A DNA stretch of 63,958 bases, filler included, from Chiloscyllium plagiosum (lineage: Eukaryota), in NCBI RefSeq assembly GCF_004010195.1. It is 4 parts of 2 records of this genome, joined end to end, with 100 filler letters (N's around TTAATTAATTAA, not from the genome) between each part and the next. Parts side by side here need not be neighbours in the genome. Positions count along the whole stretch, not along the records: positions 1 to 23,890 come from NC_057713.1; positions 23,991 to 55,371 come from NC_057713.1; 2 more parts are not named here. One strand, written 5' to 3'. This document shows positions 11,951-24,505 of this stretch, in pieces. The first letter of the stretch is position 1; each line of letters begins with the position of its first letter. The translations under genes were made by a program, and so were the position numbers. The notes beneath the pieces were generated by a model. It had not been told where the DNA came from and did not search any database. It saw nothing but the letters and a program-made list of their open reading frames with translations.

Positions 11951-12989
11951 TATTTTGAAGATTACATTCAGTTTAAATCATAGTAGAGTTTACAGATATA
12001 ATGGCACTCATTGAAGATCAGAGTAAAGTAACTGCATGGACCATAAATCAGAGGTGCATGTATTTGAAAAGCAAAAATACTTTACTGGAACAAAAATCAG
12101 TTTCAATTGAAAGGGAACTTGCTTATATAAACAGGATAGAAATGATTGGCAGATGTTCTTCACAATATGTTGAATGAGAAAATAATCTATTCATACTTAA
12201 CTCCCTCTGAACTAGACTGCTCACTGCGAAGCTATTTAATTGATCCTCCCTAACAATCACTACATGCGCTTTGATGACTTTCTGATTCAATCATAATTGC
12301 ACATTTTGCTCGATCTCTTTTCCTGAAGATTTAAAACATTATGTTTTGGATCAGCTCTCTGTTCTAGCTGCAGCCAAGCACATTTCACTGACCACAGTTT
12401 TCCTTAAAGGGTGCAACAGTTTTTAGCTTTACGGTTCCTTAGCAAACATTCTATTACCTAACAACCCACTTCCTCACATTCTTTCCACACAACAGTGGGA
12501 CCTCCTGATGCAGTCAAAAGACAACTGAGGGCAGAAAGTGGCCAAATAACTAGTTTCTTAAGTGGCTCAATTGGCTACCAGTGAGTCATTGAGCTGCTAA
12601 TGTTCCTGTTGCTGTCAATATGTCTTGGTGATAAAGATCACAGGTTCCCCTGTTGCACCTTCACACTTTAAGTGCAATTTGCAAAATAAAAACTTATCCT
12701 TCATTAGTTCCCTTTCCAATCCTGTATATCAATCACTTGCATTTCCCATTTCTTCACTTCCACTTCCACTTCACTTAACCCTTCTGACCACCACTCTTCC
12801 TTCCATTATTTTAACTTGTCTCATTCAATCTACCAACTCAACGACTGCATCAAACACTCTCATAATTGCTACACTGTCATTTAATCCTTTCCTTTATTAC
12901 ATTTAGGGGATAAGAACTAAGAGGCTACATGCTCTCTCAATTTTTCTCCTGCAAAAACAGAAATTACTGGCAAATTTCAGCAGGTCAGA

Positions 12990-13585
12990 CAGTATCCTAA
13001 CATCTGTCATTGGGAAGATGTAAAGGATGTAATAGGAACACATTTAGAGCTAAATAATATAATCAAGCAGAGTCATAATGGCTTCATAAAAGGGAAATCA
13101 TGCCCGACAAATTTATTACAGTTCGTTGAGGAGGTAACAAGTAAGAACAGTAGAAGTAATATATCAGGTTTCTAAGCAGCACTGATAAGGTACTGCATGT
13201 TATGCGACTTAATATGACAGGATGTAATAGTAATAGTATTTTAGCATTAATGAAGGATTGGCTAACAAACAGAAGACAGAGTTGGGATAAAGGGTCATGT
13301 TCAGAATGGCAGACTGTAACTCGTGGAGTGCCATAGTGATCAGTATTGGGGCTGTAGTTATTTACGATAGATAAATTACTTGAATGAGGCAAATTAATGT
13401 ACTATTGCTAAATTTGCAGATGGTATAAAAATACGTGGGAAAGGAAGTGATGAGGATGACACAGAAAGACTACAGAGGGATATAGATAAGTTAAAAGAGA
13501 GGTCAACAACTTGGCAGATGGAATATAATATGGGAAAATGTGAGGTTATGCCCTTTGACAGGAATAGTAGAGGAGTTGAATATTA
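12990..13585 (+). mobile_element. Degraded CR1 LINE RT fragment
   Basis: SHNGFIKGKSCPTNLLQF, TRGVP, KFADGIK and WQMEYNMGKCEVM motifs. Confidence 0.85.
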
Positions 13586-16500
13586 AAATAGCAATGACCT
13601 TGATCTCACTCTAGGTGGCCATTTCTCACAAGGACACAGGATTCTGATAGCAGACACCCAGCTTGAAGAAGAACCATCTGTACAGAGTTTAGTGCCAGTG
13701 CTCCTCTCTCATCTACACAGCTTTCCACGGAAGGCAGCTCATATTTCTTGCACATTTGGCCACAGATGCATGTGTTTCCTATTCATTCCTGTGGACACTT
13801 GTAGTGCAGCAGACTCAAAGTTGGGCAGTAACTTCTAACTGAATCCATTGCTGACAGTCCTAATGAGCATATGTGGGCAATATCCAAAACAAAGCAGTTC
13901 TTCAGTAATGTGATCAGTCAGCAGTCACAACACACACAGAGATAGCATTTAAACAACATTCTCCAAACACTGGGACATGGAAGTATCCAACAAGGAGGGC
14001 AATGAGATGCCTCAACATGGACTTTTTACATTGTTGACCTGATTCAGATGCATGCTGCCCAAATCATTTGGCACACTTATAGAATGAGATTGTAAGTGTA
14101 GTAGGAAGAATGGAATGTTATCAGCCCCTTCTCCACTGTCTCTCGCTGTACATTACTCAAGAAAGGCAGCATGACTGACCAGACCACTTACTGATATCTC
14201 AGCTTCATGACTCACCTACCATTACTCCCATGACTGGTTGCACTGGAATTTCAAGATTAACTGTGGCCCATTCCCCAGACTAGAATAATATGGAGCTCCT
14301 GACCTGAATGCCCAAGTGACCAGGTGACCAAATCCAAGCCACTGGACTTATATACCCTTGACTGAATGTACCAGTACCCCTGACAATTGACAGTCCCTTG
14401 ACATGACTGAGGATTACTCCCCTTAAACTTTGAGACATGCTCATTTGGTTGTATCTCATGCAAGGTGTTGTTTGTAAACTACTGGATTATGCAACATTTG
14501 TGATACTGACATAGCAGCCCACCACTGGCATTGAAATTAAACATATCAGTGAGCTCAAAAATGCAGTATTGAATTGGTGAATTGTATTATTGAAAATGTG
14601 CCTGAATGATGTGGTGAGTCTGGTGCTTGAATAATGTCAACCTCAGTGAATGAAGGTGGTCATTGCCCTAAGGTATTGGGGAATAGTACCGAAGATGGAG
14701 ACTTTGAGAAGACCTACTCAAATGTTCATGAGAGGAATTATCACCATCTAGTCTCTCTCCATTGTCTGGGAAAATAATCACCTGCAAATAATTGAGGTGA
14801 GGTGATGTATGAGTAGCATGTTAATTCATTGCAGCTCACTAGTGAGATTCCCATTTAGCCATTAAAACCTTTTGTGCATGATCTGATTTTTGTTTTCTTG
14901 ACATTGAGAATCTTATTTTACTATTCTTACTATACTTCACCAGCTGACTCACTACTGGCCACATCATTTAGAACCTGGGAAAATTCTGGCCACAGTGTTG
15001 CTCAGAGTTGTGGAGCTTGAGGAGATTACAGAATTAGGGAGGAATAAGGTCATACAGAGGCATTGATCAAAGTAGGTCAATGAAGTTGGAGCTTCATTGA
15101 AGCTACTGGACTTCTTGCAAGATAGAATTCAAATCAGAGAGCTTTGGATCATCTTAAGTTTATGGAGACGACTCAAGAGAGTAGGAGAACTAATACAATA
15201 AGATTATCAATATAAATGACAGATGTTCATGAAACATTTCCAGTTCAAATCATGACTATTTAAGATGCACAGGGATGGGAGAACTGGGCAGCATGAGTCT
15301 AAAACTATTAGAAAAAGAACTAGATTTTGCGTAGGAAAGCAATCTTTTCCTGGAGAGCTGTCACCCTCTGGAACAGATTACTGAAGCATACAGTAAGCAA
15401 GGGTTTCCTGCCATTCTTCAAAAGGGAGCTGCACATGTCCTGAAATATCTCATTATAGAGGGTAAACTGCAGGTTAGCTGAAATCAGACTGATTTATGGA
15501 TTACTGTGGTTTCCTGAAGCATTGTTTCATTGCCTTAGGGGATCAGAGAGGAATTTTTCGGAGTTAAATTAATCTCAAATTTCTCCACTTTTATTTGCTC
15601 TTTCCAGAAGATTTTTTGATGCAAAATGGGAAAAGGTCGACAATGTGCATGTCTGGTTACAAACAGCTTGATAGACCTTGATGGACTTTCCTTGTACTCC
15701 TTTTTACATATTCAATTGTTAGACTATTGTCAGTATGCTTCATTATAAAGTTTCTTATTTCCAGTATCTGCAGTATTTTGGTTTGGTTGGGCTATAAATT
15801 TGTCTTGGACAGTAGCACAAAACAGATGTTGATGAATCAGCAACCTGCAGAGGATTCTTTTCCATTAAAGTCAAAAGAGTATAAGATGGGTTCTTGACTC
15901 ACTATCATCACTTTGTGCAATTTTGCCCAGTCCAATTTATACTGAATTGTGACATGGAATGGCCTATCAGAAACAAGAGTGATTCCAAGAATTATCCCTA
16001 CTTTTCATTCAATAACAAGAGCAATAAAACAAGGAACAGTGCAAAGCAAACATACATGGCCAAGCATCAATTGAGCAAAGATCTAACTAAAGAGGTCTCC
16101 GTTGCAGTGTCCATTTAATATCGGTGAATGGCGTCTGAAGAATGCACACCAATTGAATTTCCTTTCATATGCATGTATTACAGGCTCTACTGGTATTTAA
16201 ACTCCAAGCACTCAATTATTATACACAGCACATGCTCCATAAGTTTCAGTTCTCAGCTGGACATGATGAGGACACTGTGCCCAACATGCTCTGGGCACTG
16301 ATTTCCATTATTGGCCTATTTTGAAATATATTATTTATCAGGATTGACTAGTTTATGAACTTGACTGTATCAGGTAACTAGACAATGCAATTTTCTTCAG
16401 GTTATATTCCAGGTAAAATGATATTTTATACATTTCAGTGTTGTAAATGTTAACAGTGAAATGAGGAACAGCAGGGTAACTTCACTGGTCAGCATGGGTG

Positions 16501-16853
16501 CTGGCACTGGGTCAGATCATGCGAAATGCAATTAAAACCATGGGGTAGAAGTCCAGCCAACTAGATTTCCTCCTATTGTGCCATGATCTTCCATTGCTTT
16601 GCAAGAATAAATTTCATTTTACCCAATTCGAGTAATAGGATAAGATTTATTATTTCAAACGAGCCCAAACTGTAGCCAGTATGAGGGCAGCATGTACCAT
16701 ATCCCCAAATTCTCAACTTACATTCCAGTCAGAAAGCAATTTCACTTGGACTGTTAATTCATAAAATTTACCCCAGATGTGTAAAGTGTCAAAGAAATTA
16801 ACTCCTACTTTTCTCCTCTGAATGCACACCATGGTCAGTTGTGCCATAAGTCA

Positions 16854-16983
16854 GGAATGATGAAAGGCTTATGCCCGAAATGTCGACTCTCCTGCTCCTC
16901 GGATGCCGCCTGACCTGTTGTGCTTTTCCAGTGCAATACTTTTCGACTCTGATCTCCAGCATCTGCTGTCCTCTCTTTCTCCT
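16854..16983 (+). mobile_element. Short Penelope-tail insertion
   Basis: tgatgaaaggcttatgcccgaaatgtcgactctcctgctcctcggatg...gatctccagcatctgc, with an imperfect TSD (tgccata). Confidence 0.75.
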
Positions 16984-17747
16984 CTGCCATATATCAGTGA
17001 ATGAGGGGCAGGTATGTTTTGGAATGATAGCAAGTTGTAAAAAAAAGGAAGGAATGTTTGAAATTAGACTCAACTTTGACTAATTGGAAGTTGATCATTC
17101 AGAAAGGGAAATAAAGAAGGGGATGGATTTATCTAATTTGATCACCCTCTATAGATAGTTTTTTTGAGGGGTTAAGTTAGGCAATATTTTGTTTGTGGAG
17201 TTTATTGCAAGGTACCAGAATTCACTTGCTTTCCAATGTTGAGTGTCATCCAGGATAAAGTAAGGTTGAGAGGGCACTGTTTATGGTCAAAAGAGATAAA
17301 CATGGAGCCTTTCTGACTTTGCACAATAAAGAGTGAATGATGAGCAGTTAGGATTCCTGGGTCATATGCTGCAAGATCTATCTTATCGGCCTTGCAAATA
17401 GTGCCCTCATCATCTGCTCACCATATAAGCTTGATGCTGAGATACAGGGAATCAAAGTTATCCTGCATGATAATGGGAATCTTATCAAATCATCACTTAC
17501 TGTTAGTGATATAATGAGTTTCAATGCTCATGTGATGCCAGCACATCCTAATACTAGAGAACTGTATCAAACAACATGCCCCATTGACTATTTACAGTGG
17601 CCAGCATGCTGATCATACTTAGTCCCATGCTTGCAAGCCTCAGAACACTATGTGGAATTTATGTAAATATTAAGACAATCTATTTTTGATTTTGGATTTG
17701 AACTAATAGCATATGGGTTTTGGTCTGCAAGACTGAAGGGGCTTGAT

Positions 17748-17928
17748 AGGAGAAAGTGAGACTGCAAATGCTGGAGATCAGTGTGAAAAGTGTGGCACTG
17801 GAAAAGCACAATAAGCTCAAAAGGTTCTAGAAATTGTTGATGAAGGGCTTATACCCGAAACGTTGACTCTCCTGCTCCTCGGATGCTGCCTGACATGCTG
17901 TGCTTTTCCAGTGCCACACTTTTTGACT
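17748..17928. mobile_element. Fold-back Penelope-derived element
   Basis: Inverted aaaagtgtggcactggaaaagcaca / tgtgcttttccagtgccacactttt. TSD ctgaaggggcttgat (17733-17747) / ctgaagggacttgat (17929-17943). Confidence 0.85.
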
Positions 17929-19249
17929 CTGAAGGGACTTGATGATTGACTTGTAAGCATTTCTGCAACCACAATGACTTCCTTAAAACAAATAGTCTGA
18001 CAGAGATACTTCTTGGAGGCTAATAGAATTTGTTTTCATTAGGAGAGTTTTTATGAGTGAATAAAATAAACAGTTGTGCATTAGACTTTCAGTTTAAAAG
18101 GTCTAGAAATTGTGACCTTTTTTGCGTTAGGGGCAACATGCATGGCTTGACTTTCATTTTAAAGATGTCTTAATGATGCTTTAGCAGCAATGTGTAACAC
18201 GTCCCATATTTCTTTCTTGCCAGCAACCCTTTCTTGGACCTGAATCAAGTGAAGTTTTAAATTTAGTTAGGCCAATATGAAGGATACCATCAGCTAACGG
18301 GCCAGCTGGCGATTTTTCCTAACATCCAGGAACATGACATTCTCTGATAGATCAGAGTCCTGACATCTTTGTAATTTCACTTCCCTTCCCCAAACTGGGT
18401 TTACCAACAGACAGTCTCACCCAGGGCACAACCAACCACCTGATTACTTGACGTCAACTCCAGCTGAATTTTGAAATGTTCACTTACAAATTGCACTCTG
18501 CACTGGCCCTCAGGAAATTATATTCTCTGAATCTTTTCCTGAAGAAGAAGGAAAAAAATGTGCAAATGTCTGATGGGAATTATATCCATTTTTTCTAATG
18601 GTTCTCCATATGCTACAGCAGAAACAAATCTGTTGAACCAATATTCACCTCTCTTCTGAAGAAAAAAGCCAGTTGTCAATGAACATCTGATTAGCATTGA
18701 ACTTCATGAAATTACATCTAACACCCAAATCTGTTGATAATACTCGGTTCTTTATTGAATTTTGTTCATGATATTTTGTGGGCCAATAATCATCTCATTA
18801 AACATAGTCACACAGTGTTACACAAGGTTACTTTACTGATATCATTACAGTGCTCCAATCTTCTACGTTCTTTTCTCATGGGTTTGGCATGTGATGAATA
18901 CTTGGTCTGGTGAGTTGGAGCTGCTTGTTGGAGACAGGGCCCATTATCTTGAGTTAGTTGATTGACTCCCAGTATGTTGAAGTATTTAACCAGCAGTACA
19001 GTACAGTCAGGGTTCTCATCACCAGTTGCCATTGGAAGTGCTGGGCACATTGCATACAGTTTTGTCCCATCTGGTAAATTGCACTGGCATGTTGATATGT
19101 GAAAAAGACCAATAGGTTGATTCCCCTCAAAGCTCAATAAATGTGTTTTAACATTGTAGCCAGAACATGATGCAGTTTAAAGCAAGGAAATTCTACTCTC
19201 TGCTTCTTTCTCATCCCTCCCCTCAACTCTCCCTTTCCCCCTTCCTGCC

Positions 19250-20800
19250 AGCATAGCAGAAACCACAATGCCTTCATCCTAGGCAGTTTACTGTCCCAGC
19301 ATCTTTGGATCAGTGTGAAGTACCATCAGCTGCCTGTCAGTGATAAGGTGTATCCAATATACATTTGATTCAAGACCCCACCTCCACCTGACTGCCATAG
19401 AGACATAGAGCATGGAAACAGACCCTTCAGTCCAACTCATCCACGCCGGCCAGATATCCCAACCCAGTCTAGTCCCACCTGCCAGCACCTGGTCCATATC
19501 CCTCCAAACCCATCCTATTCATATACCCATCCACATGCCTCTTAAATGTTGCAATTGTACCAGCCTCCACCACATCCTCTGGCAGCTCATTCCATACACT
19601 TACCTCCCTCTGCATGAAAAAGTTGCCCCTTAGGTTTCTTTTATATCTTTCCCCTCTCACCCTAAACCTATGCCCTCTAGTTCTGGACTCCCCGATCCCA
19701 GGGAAAAGACTTTGTCTATTTATCCTATCCATGCCCCTCATAATTTTGTAAACCTCTAGAAGGTCACCCCTCAGCCTCCGACGCTCCAGGGAAAACAGCC
19801 CCAGCCTGTTCAGCCTCTCCCTGTAGCTCAGATCCTCCAACCCTGGCAACATCCTTGTAAATCTTTTCTGAACCTTTTCAAGTTTCACAACATCTTTCTG
19901 ATAGGAAGGAGACCAGAATTGCATGCAATATTCCAACAGTGGCCTGACCAATGTCCTGTACAGCTGCAACATGACCTTCCAACTCCTATACTCAATACTC
20001 TGACCAATAAAGGAAAGCATACCAAACGCCTTCTTCACTATCCTATCTACCTGCGACTCCACTTTCAAGGAGCTATGAACCTGCACTCCAAGGTCTCTTT
20101 GTTCAGCAACACTCCCTAGGACCTTACCATTAAGTGTAAAAGTTCTGCTAAGATTTGCTTTCCCAAAATGCAGCACCTCACAATTATCTGAATTAAACTC
20201 CATCTAGAACTTCTCAGCCTATTGACCCATCTGGTCCAGATCCTGTTGTAATCTGAGGTAACCCTCTTCGCTGTCCACTACACCTCCAATTTTGGTGTCA
20301 TCTGCAAACTTACTAACTGTACCTCTTATGCTCGCATCCAAATCATTTATGTAAATGACAAAAAGTAGAGGGCCCAGCACCGATCTTTGTGGCACTCCAG
20401 TGGTCATAGGCCACCATCACCCTCTGTCTTCTACCTTTGAGCCAGTTCTGTATCCAAATGGCTAGTTCTCCCTGTATTCCATGAGATCTAACCTTGCTAA
20501 TCAATCTCCCATGGGGAACCTTGGCGAATGCCTTACTGAAGTCCATATAGATCACATCTACTGCTTTGCCCTCATCAATCTTCTTTGTTACTTCTTCACC
20601 ATTTATAATAATTGCCATACAGGCACAAGTAATACTGTGAAGTAAACCATTGGCAATTTAAACAATGATTCTATAGCATAGATCACTTGATGGGTAGCCT
20701 TCCAGTACTCACCAGAGTTGGTATCCAAGTTCAAAGTAGCCTGCTGTGCCTTTCACAATCTTGTTATGAGGATACAGCTCTTGCCGTCAGAGATTCAGAG
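19250..20800 (+). mobile_element. Harbinger transposase remnant split by a CR1 insertion
   Basis: HNAFIL...DKVYPIYI*FKTP before 19395, resuming after 20598 as YNNCHTGTSNTVK*TIG...QYSPELVSKFKVACCAFHNL. Confidence 0.8.
19397..20598 (-). mobile_element. Relatively young CR1/HER1 LINE, 5'-truncated RT and 3' end
   Basis: ORFs with [28 protein letters not shown] and a 244-aa open C-terminus (LYRTLVRPLLEYC...SLERRRLRGDL). Confidence 0.97.
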
Positions 20801-21468
20801 GCCTTCTCAGCAGGTGGAGACATTTCCATTCCTCCATGGTTGCCCATCACAGCACAATCTTCCCCAAAATCCTGAAAAAAACCCACCAGAAAAACATTTG
20901 GTCACAACTTTATCCAATAATATTTACAATAACAAAAAGAAACTTATGTATGCCCACAGTGCCTCTTCTGTGATTCCTTTTTCCTGGCCTAATGCTCCTA
21001 TATAATGTATCCTCCAGCAGGCTTAGTTGTTGCTGGATGCCTGTCCCCTTCTGCTCTGATGCCTACATTGTCCTGCAAGAGAAAATGAAGAATGTTTGTC
21101 ATTATGTGATATTCCTGTGAATAGTTGAAAGCATCTAAATGTAGTAGTAGATGAATGTCTGGATGACAGTATTGGTACGTACATAACTTCTAGTGGTGTC
21201 TCGAAGTAGACCTGTGCCCTAATTCAATAGTTCCCTGTGGGTTGACAAATGATTGCTGTTAAGGGCAGGAGAGGCCTAAACATCAATAGTTGGACCTGGA
21301 GGACATGTCTGCGAAGGTAAGTTTAAAATCTAATCAGTTTCTGCACTGACTGGTTTTACTGTGCGCGTGCTGGCAGTAGCTTCTGAGAAAGGAGACCGTA
21401 GCGTCAATTAAAGACAGGTAAAGCATTTTGGATGTCCTGAAATCATAGCAGCCACCTTATAAATGCAA

Positions 21469-21810
21469 GCATTTGGCTCAGTGGTTAGCACTGCTGCCTT
21501 ACAGTGCTAGGGACCTGGATTTGATTCCACTCTCGTCTGTATGGAGTTTACACATTTTCCCCATGTCTGCGTGGGTTTCCTTCAGGTGTTCTGATTTCCT
21601 CCCACAGTCCAAAGAGTTGCAGGTTAGGTGGATTGGCAGTGCTAAATTGCCCATAGTATCCAGATATATGTAGGTTAGGTGGATTAGCCATGGAAATATA
21701 TAGAATTACACGGATAGGGTAGGGGATGGGTCTGGTTAAGATGCTCTTCAGGGATTGGTGTGGACTCAATGGGCTGAGTGGCCTGCATCCAATGTAAGAA
21801 TTCTATGATA
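21469..21810 (+). mobile_element. HE1-type SINE, older copy
   Basis: A box, V-domain and CR1-like tail. Confidence 0.88.
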
Positions 21811-22698
21811 TTATTGTGTAAGAGGGAAAAGAGAGAAAAGCTTTTTAATAGTTCCATGAATTTGACTGGAAACAAGTTCATCTTGCGATATTGTTTTTAG
21901 CATTCCGCTGTTCTGTCAGCTGCGTACAAAGAGGTTACTCTGGTCAGTGACACAACTGTGATCATGTCAAATCCAAACTGCAAATCATTATTAGCAATAG
22001 CATAAGTCATGCAGTCCTGTAAAATGAGGCCAGCGCACTAGCATCAAAGTACAGCCAAGTGAAGTTCACAAAACTCTCACTGGTATGAGTTGTCAGAAGT
22101 TTCCAGGGCTATCCCAAAATATGATGAGTATATTCTCAGTGAGCACCGAGCCTATAGTCAGCCTGGTCCTGGCAACTTGCCAAATGTGGCAAGGAAGGAG
22201 AGGTAAAGAACAGTCTTAAAGAGCTACATTGAATTTTAAAATGATACATCCTTCTAAAGGTAAGTGACTATCTCTGGCATCAAAACTTGCTGGATCCTTT
22301 ATAAAGATTGTGAATATTTTAAAATACTATTTCAGCCTTTATAAAGGGGGAGAAAGGTGGCAAGCAATGTAAATGTGATAACATTAAATAAATAAGTTAT
22401 GTTTGTATGCCATACTCAAACATCTGCCTGATAGTTAGAAAAGTAGAAATGCTGCAACACGAGGTGGATTATGAGGGTGGTGGTATGAGAGGAAGACCTG
22501 TAAGGTGCACCAGGCACCCTCCACATCTGGTGACTGTGCAGGTTATTGACAGGGTCAATACTTTGGAATAGCGCCTCCAACACTCTGGAAATCATAAGGA
22601 ACTTGGCATGGTAAAGCATCATTTGGATGGCCTAAGCCATCACACCAAAAGCTAATGCCTATCAATCTGTGCCAATATACTGGCTGTCTGTTCAAGCT

Positions 22699-22908
22699 CA
22701 AAAGGTGTGGTGCTGGAAAAGCGCAGCCAGTCAGGCAGCGTTTGAGGAGCAGGAGATGCGATGTTTCGAGCGTCGGCTCTTCATTAGGAATGGACTTCTG
22801 CTTGAAACGTCGACTCTCCTGCTCCTTGGATGCTGCCTGACTGGCTGTGCTTTTCTAGTGCCACACTTTGTAAATCTGATCTCCAGCATCTGCAGTCCTC
22901 ACTTTCTC
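22699..22908. mobile_element. Fold-back Penelope-derived element
   Basis: Inverted arms around about 22790. TSD ctgtctgttcaagct (22684-22698) / ctgtctgttgaagct (22909-22923). Confidence 0.85.
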
Positions 22909-23890
22909 CTGTCTGTTGAAGCTGTCAAGCACATAATTTAGCTACAGAAATTGATAAGTACTGAGATACTGGGAGATACTTTAAGACTGCAAGTTGCTTC
23001 ATAATACAAACAGAGATCTCAGAAATCATAAACCCTTGGCTCCCATGTAGGTTAATACTTTAAACATCCTTTCACACAAGAACATGAGAGAACTGAGCAA
23101 TGTAAAACCAAAGCTAGAGCAGGTAGAATCCTGCTCTCCTACTGCATAGGCATCACAAAGCAGCCTTTGGGATTTCAAATAAGAGTCATATTGATCTCAA
23201 AATATTAACTATGATGCTCTCCCCACAGACACTGCCAGATTTCCTGAGTCTCTCCATATTTTAGGCCTCCAGCATCTGCAGTAGTTAGCTTTCATTGCAA
23301 GTCAAACTCTGATGGAAGGCACATTTGTACATACTTCAAAAGTGCTGCATTAGTTGTTAATGTATTTCAGAGAGTCCCATAGTCATTAAAATTCTACATA
23401 AATGCATTTTCTTTCTTTATTTTTCCGGAAACAATGTTGTGAAATTTGATACTTGGTTTTACTTCAGTTGTGACGTAAACGTTGACTCCTCAGTTACCTG
23501 TTTGAAATATGTGTGGTTTCTTTCATCGTGTTCCATATCATAATCAAATGTTTTACCTGCAGTATGAGTTTTCACCATCCCTCCAGACTTTCCCCTCACT
23601 GAGGACGAATGCTCAGTCCTCAGCAAAGGACTCACCTTCGTCCCCCTCCGTCCACGCATCAATGAATTTAATACACGCTGTGACGTCGAACACTTCTTCC
23701 GTCGCCTCTGCCTCCGAGATTACTTTCACAATCAGGACTCCCACCCACCTTCTGAGGACCCCTTCGCCAACCTCAAACACACTGCATCCACCTGGACACC
23801 CCGCGCTGTCCTATTACTCATCCTCGACCTCTTCATTTCCAACTGCCGCCAGGACATTAACCGCCTCAACCTGTCTGCTCCCCCCCCCCA

Positions 23891-23990
23891 NNNNNNNNNN
23901 NNNNNNNNNNNNNNNNNNNNNNNNNNNNNNNNNNTTAATTAATTAANNNNNNNNNNNNNNNNNNNNNNNNNNNNNNNNNNNNNNNNNNNN
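23891..23990. other. Assembly gap with TTAATTAATTAA linker
   Basis: 44 N + ttaattaattaa + 44 N. Confidence 0.99.
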
Positions 23991-24231
23991 ATCTTTCCCT
24001 CCCCTCCCCTATCAGCGTTCCGAAAAGACCACTCCCTCTGTGACTCCCTTGTCAGGTCCCCTCCTCCCACCTTGTCTCAGTCCCAACCCTCGAACTCAGC
24101 ACCACCTTCCTAACCTGCAATCTTCTTCCTGACCTCTCCGCGCCCCCCCCAACTCTGGCCTATCACCCTCACCTTAACCTCCTTCCACCTATCGCATTTC
24201 CAACGCTCCTCCCCCAAGTCCCTCCTCCCTA

Positions 24232-24505
24232 CCTTTTATCTTAGCCTGCTTGGCACACTCTTCTCATTCCTGAAGAAGGGCTCATGCCCGAAACGTTGAC
24301 TTTCCTGCTCCTTGGATGCTGTCTGACATGCTGCGCTTTTCCAGTAACACATTTTCAGCCATGGACCTCCTTTTATCTTAGCCTGCTTGGCACACTCTTC
24401 TCATTCCTGAAGAAGGGCTCATGCCCGAAACGTTGACTTTCCTGCTCCTTGGATGCTGTCTGACATGCTGCGCTTTTCCAGTAACACATTTTCAGCCATG
24501 GACCT
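24232..24505 (+). repeat. Exact tandem duplication, 2 x 137 bp
   Basis: 24232-24368 is identical to 24369-24505. Confidence 0.95.
24267..24299 (+). ncRNA. Putative minimal type I hammerhead ribozyme (second copy at 24404-24436)
   Basis: CUGAAGA-A-GGGC-UCAU-GCCC-GAAA-CG-UU, with palindromic ACGU in place of helix III. Confidence 0.55.

Larger units (their letters stand above)
23563..24505 (+). mobile_element. Penelope-like retroelement: N-terminal ORF, gap, 3' tail
   Basis: VFTIPPDFPLTEDECSVLSKGLTFVPLRP...EHFFRRL is typical of the Penelope N-terminus. After the gap come an SAFRKDHSL motif and a tail with hammerhead cores. Confidence 0.85.

Noticed and set aside
19469..20203. 244-aa ORF as a host gene
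   Set aside because: It is the C-terminal part of CR1 ORF2 in a truncated, frameshifted copy.
21901..22259. Segment bounded by a good acceptor and an AAG|gtaagt donor
   Set aside because: All three frames contain stops and no protein is recognisable. It cannot be supported as a coding exon.
23935..23946. TTAATTAATTAA palindrome inside N runs (also in the other two gaps)
   Set aside because: It is an artificial scaffolding linker with stops in all six frames and identical 44N-12-44N format. Adjacency across these gaps is also unproven.
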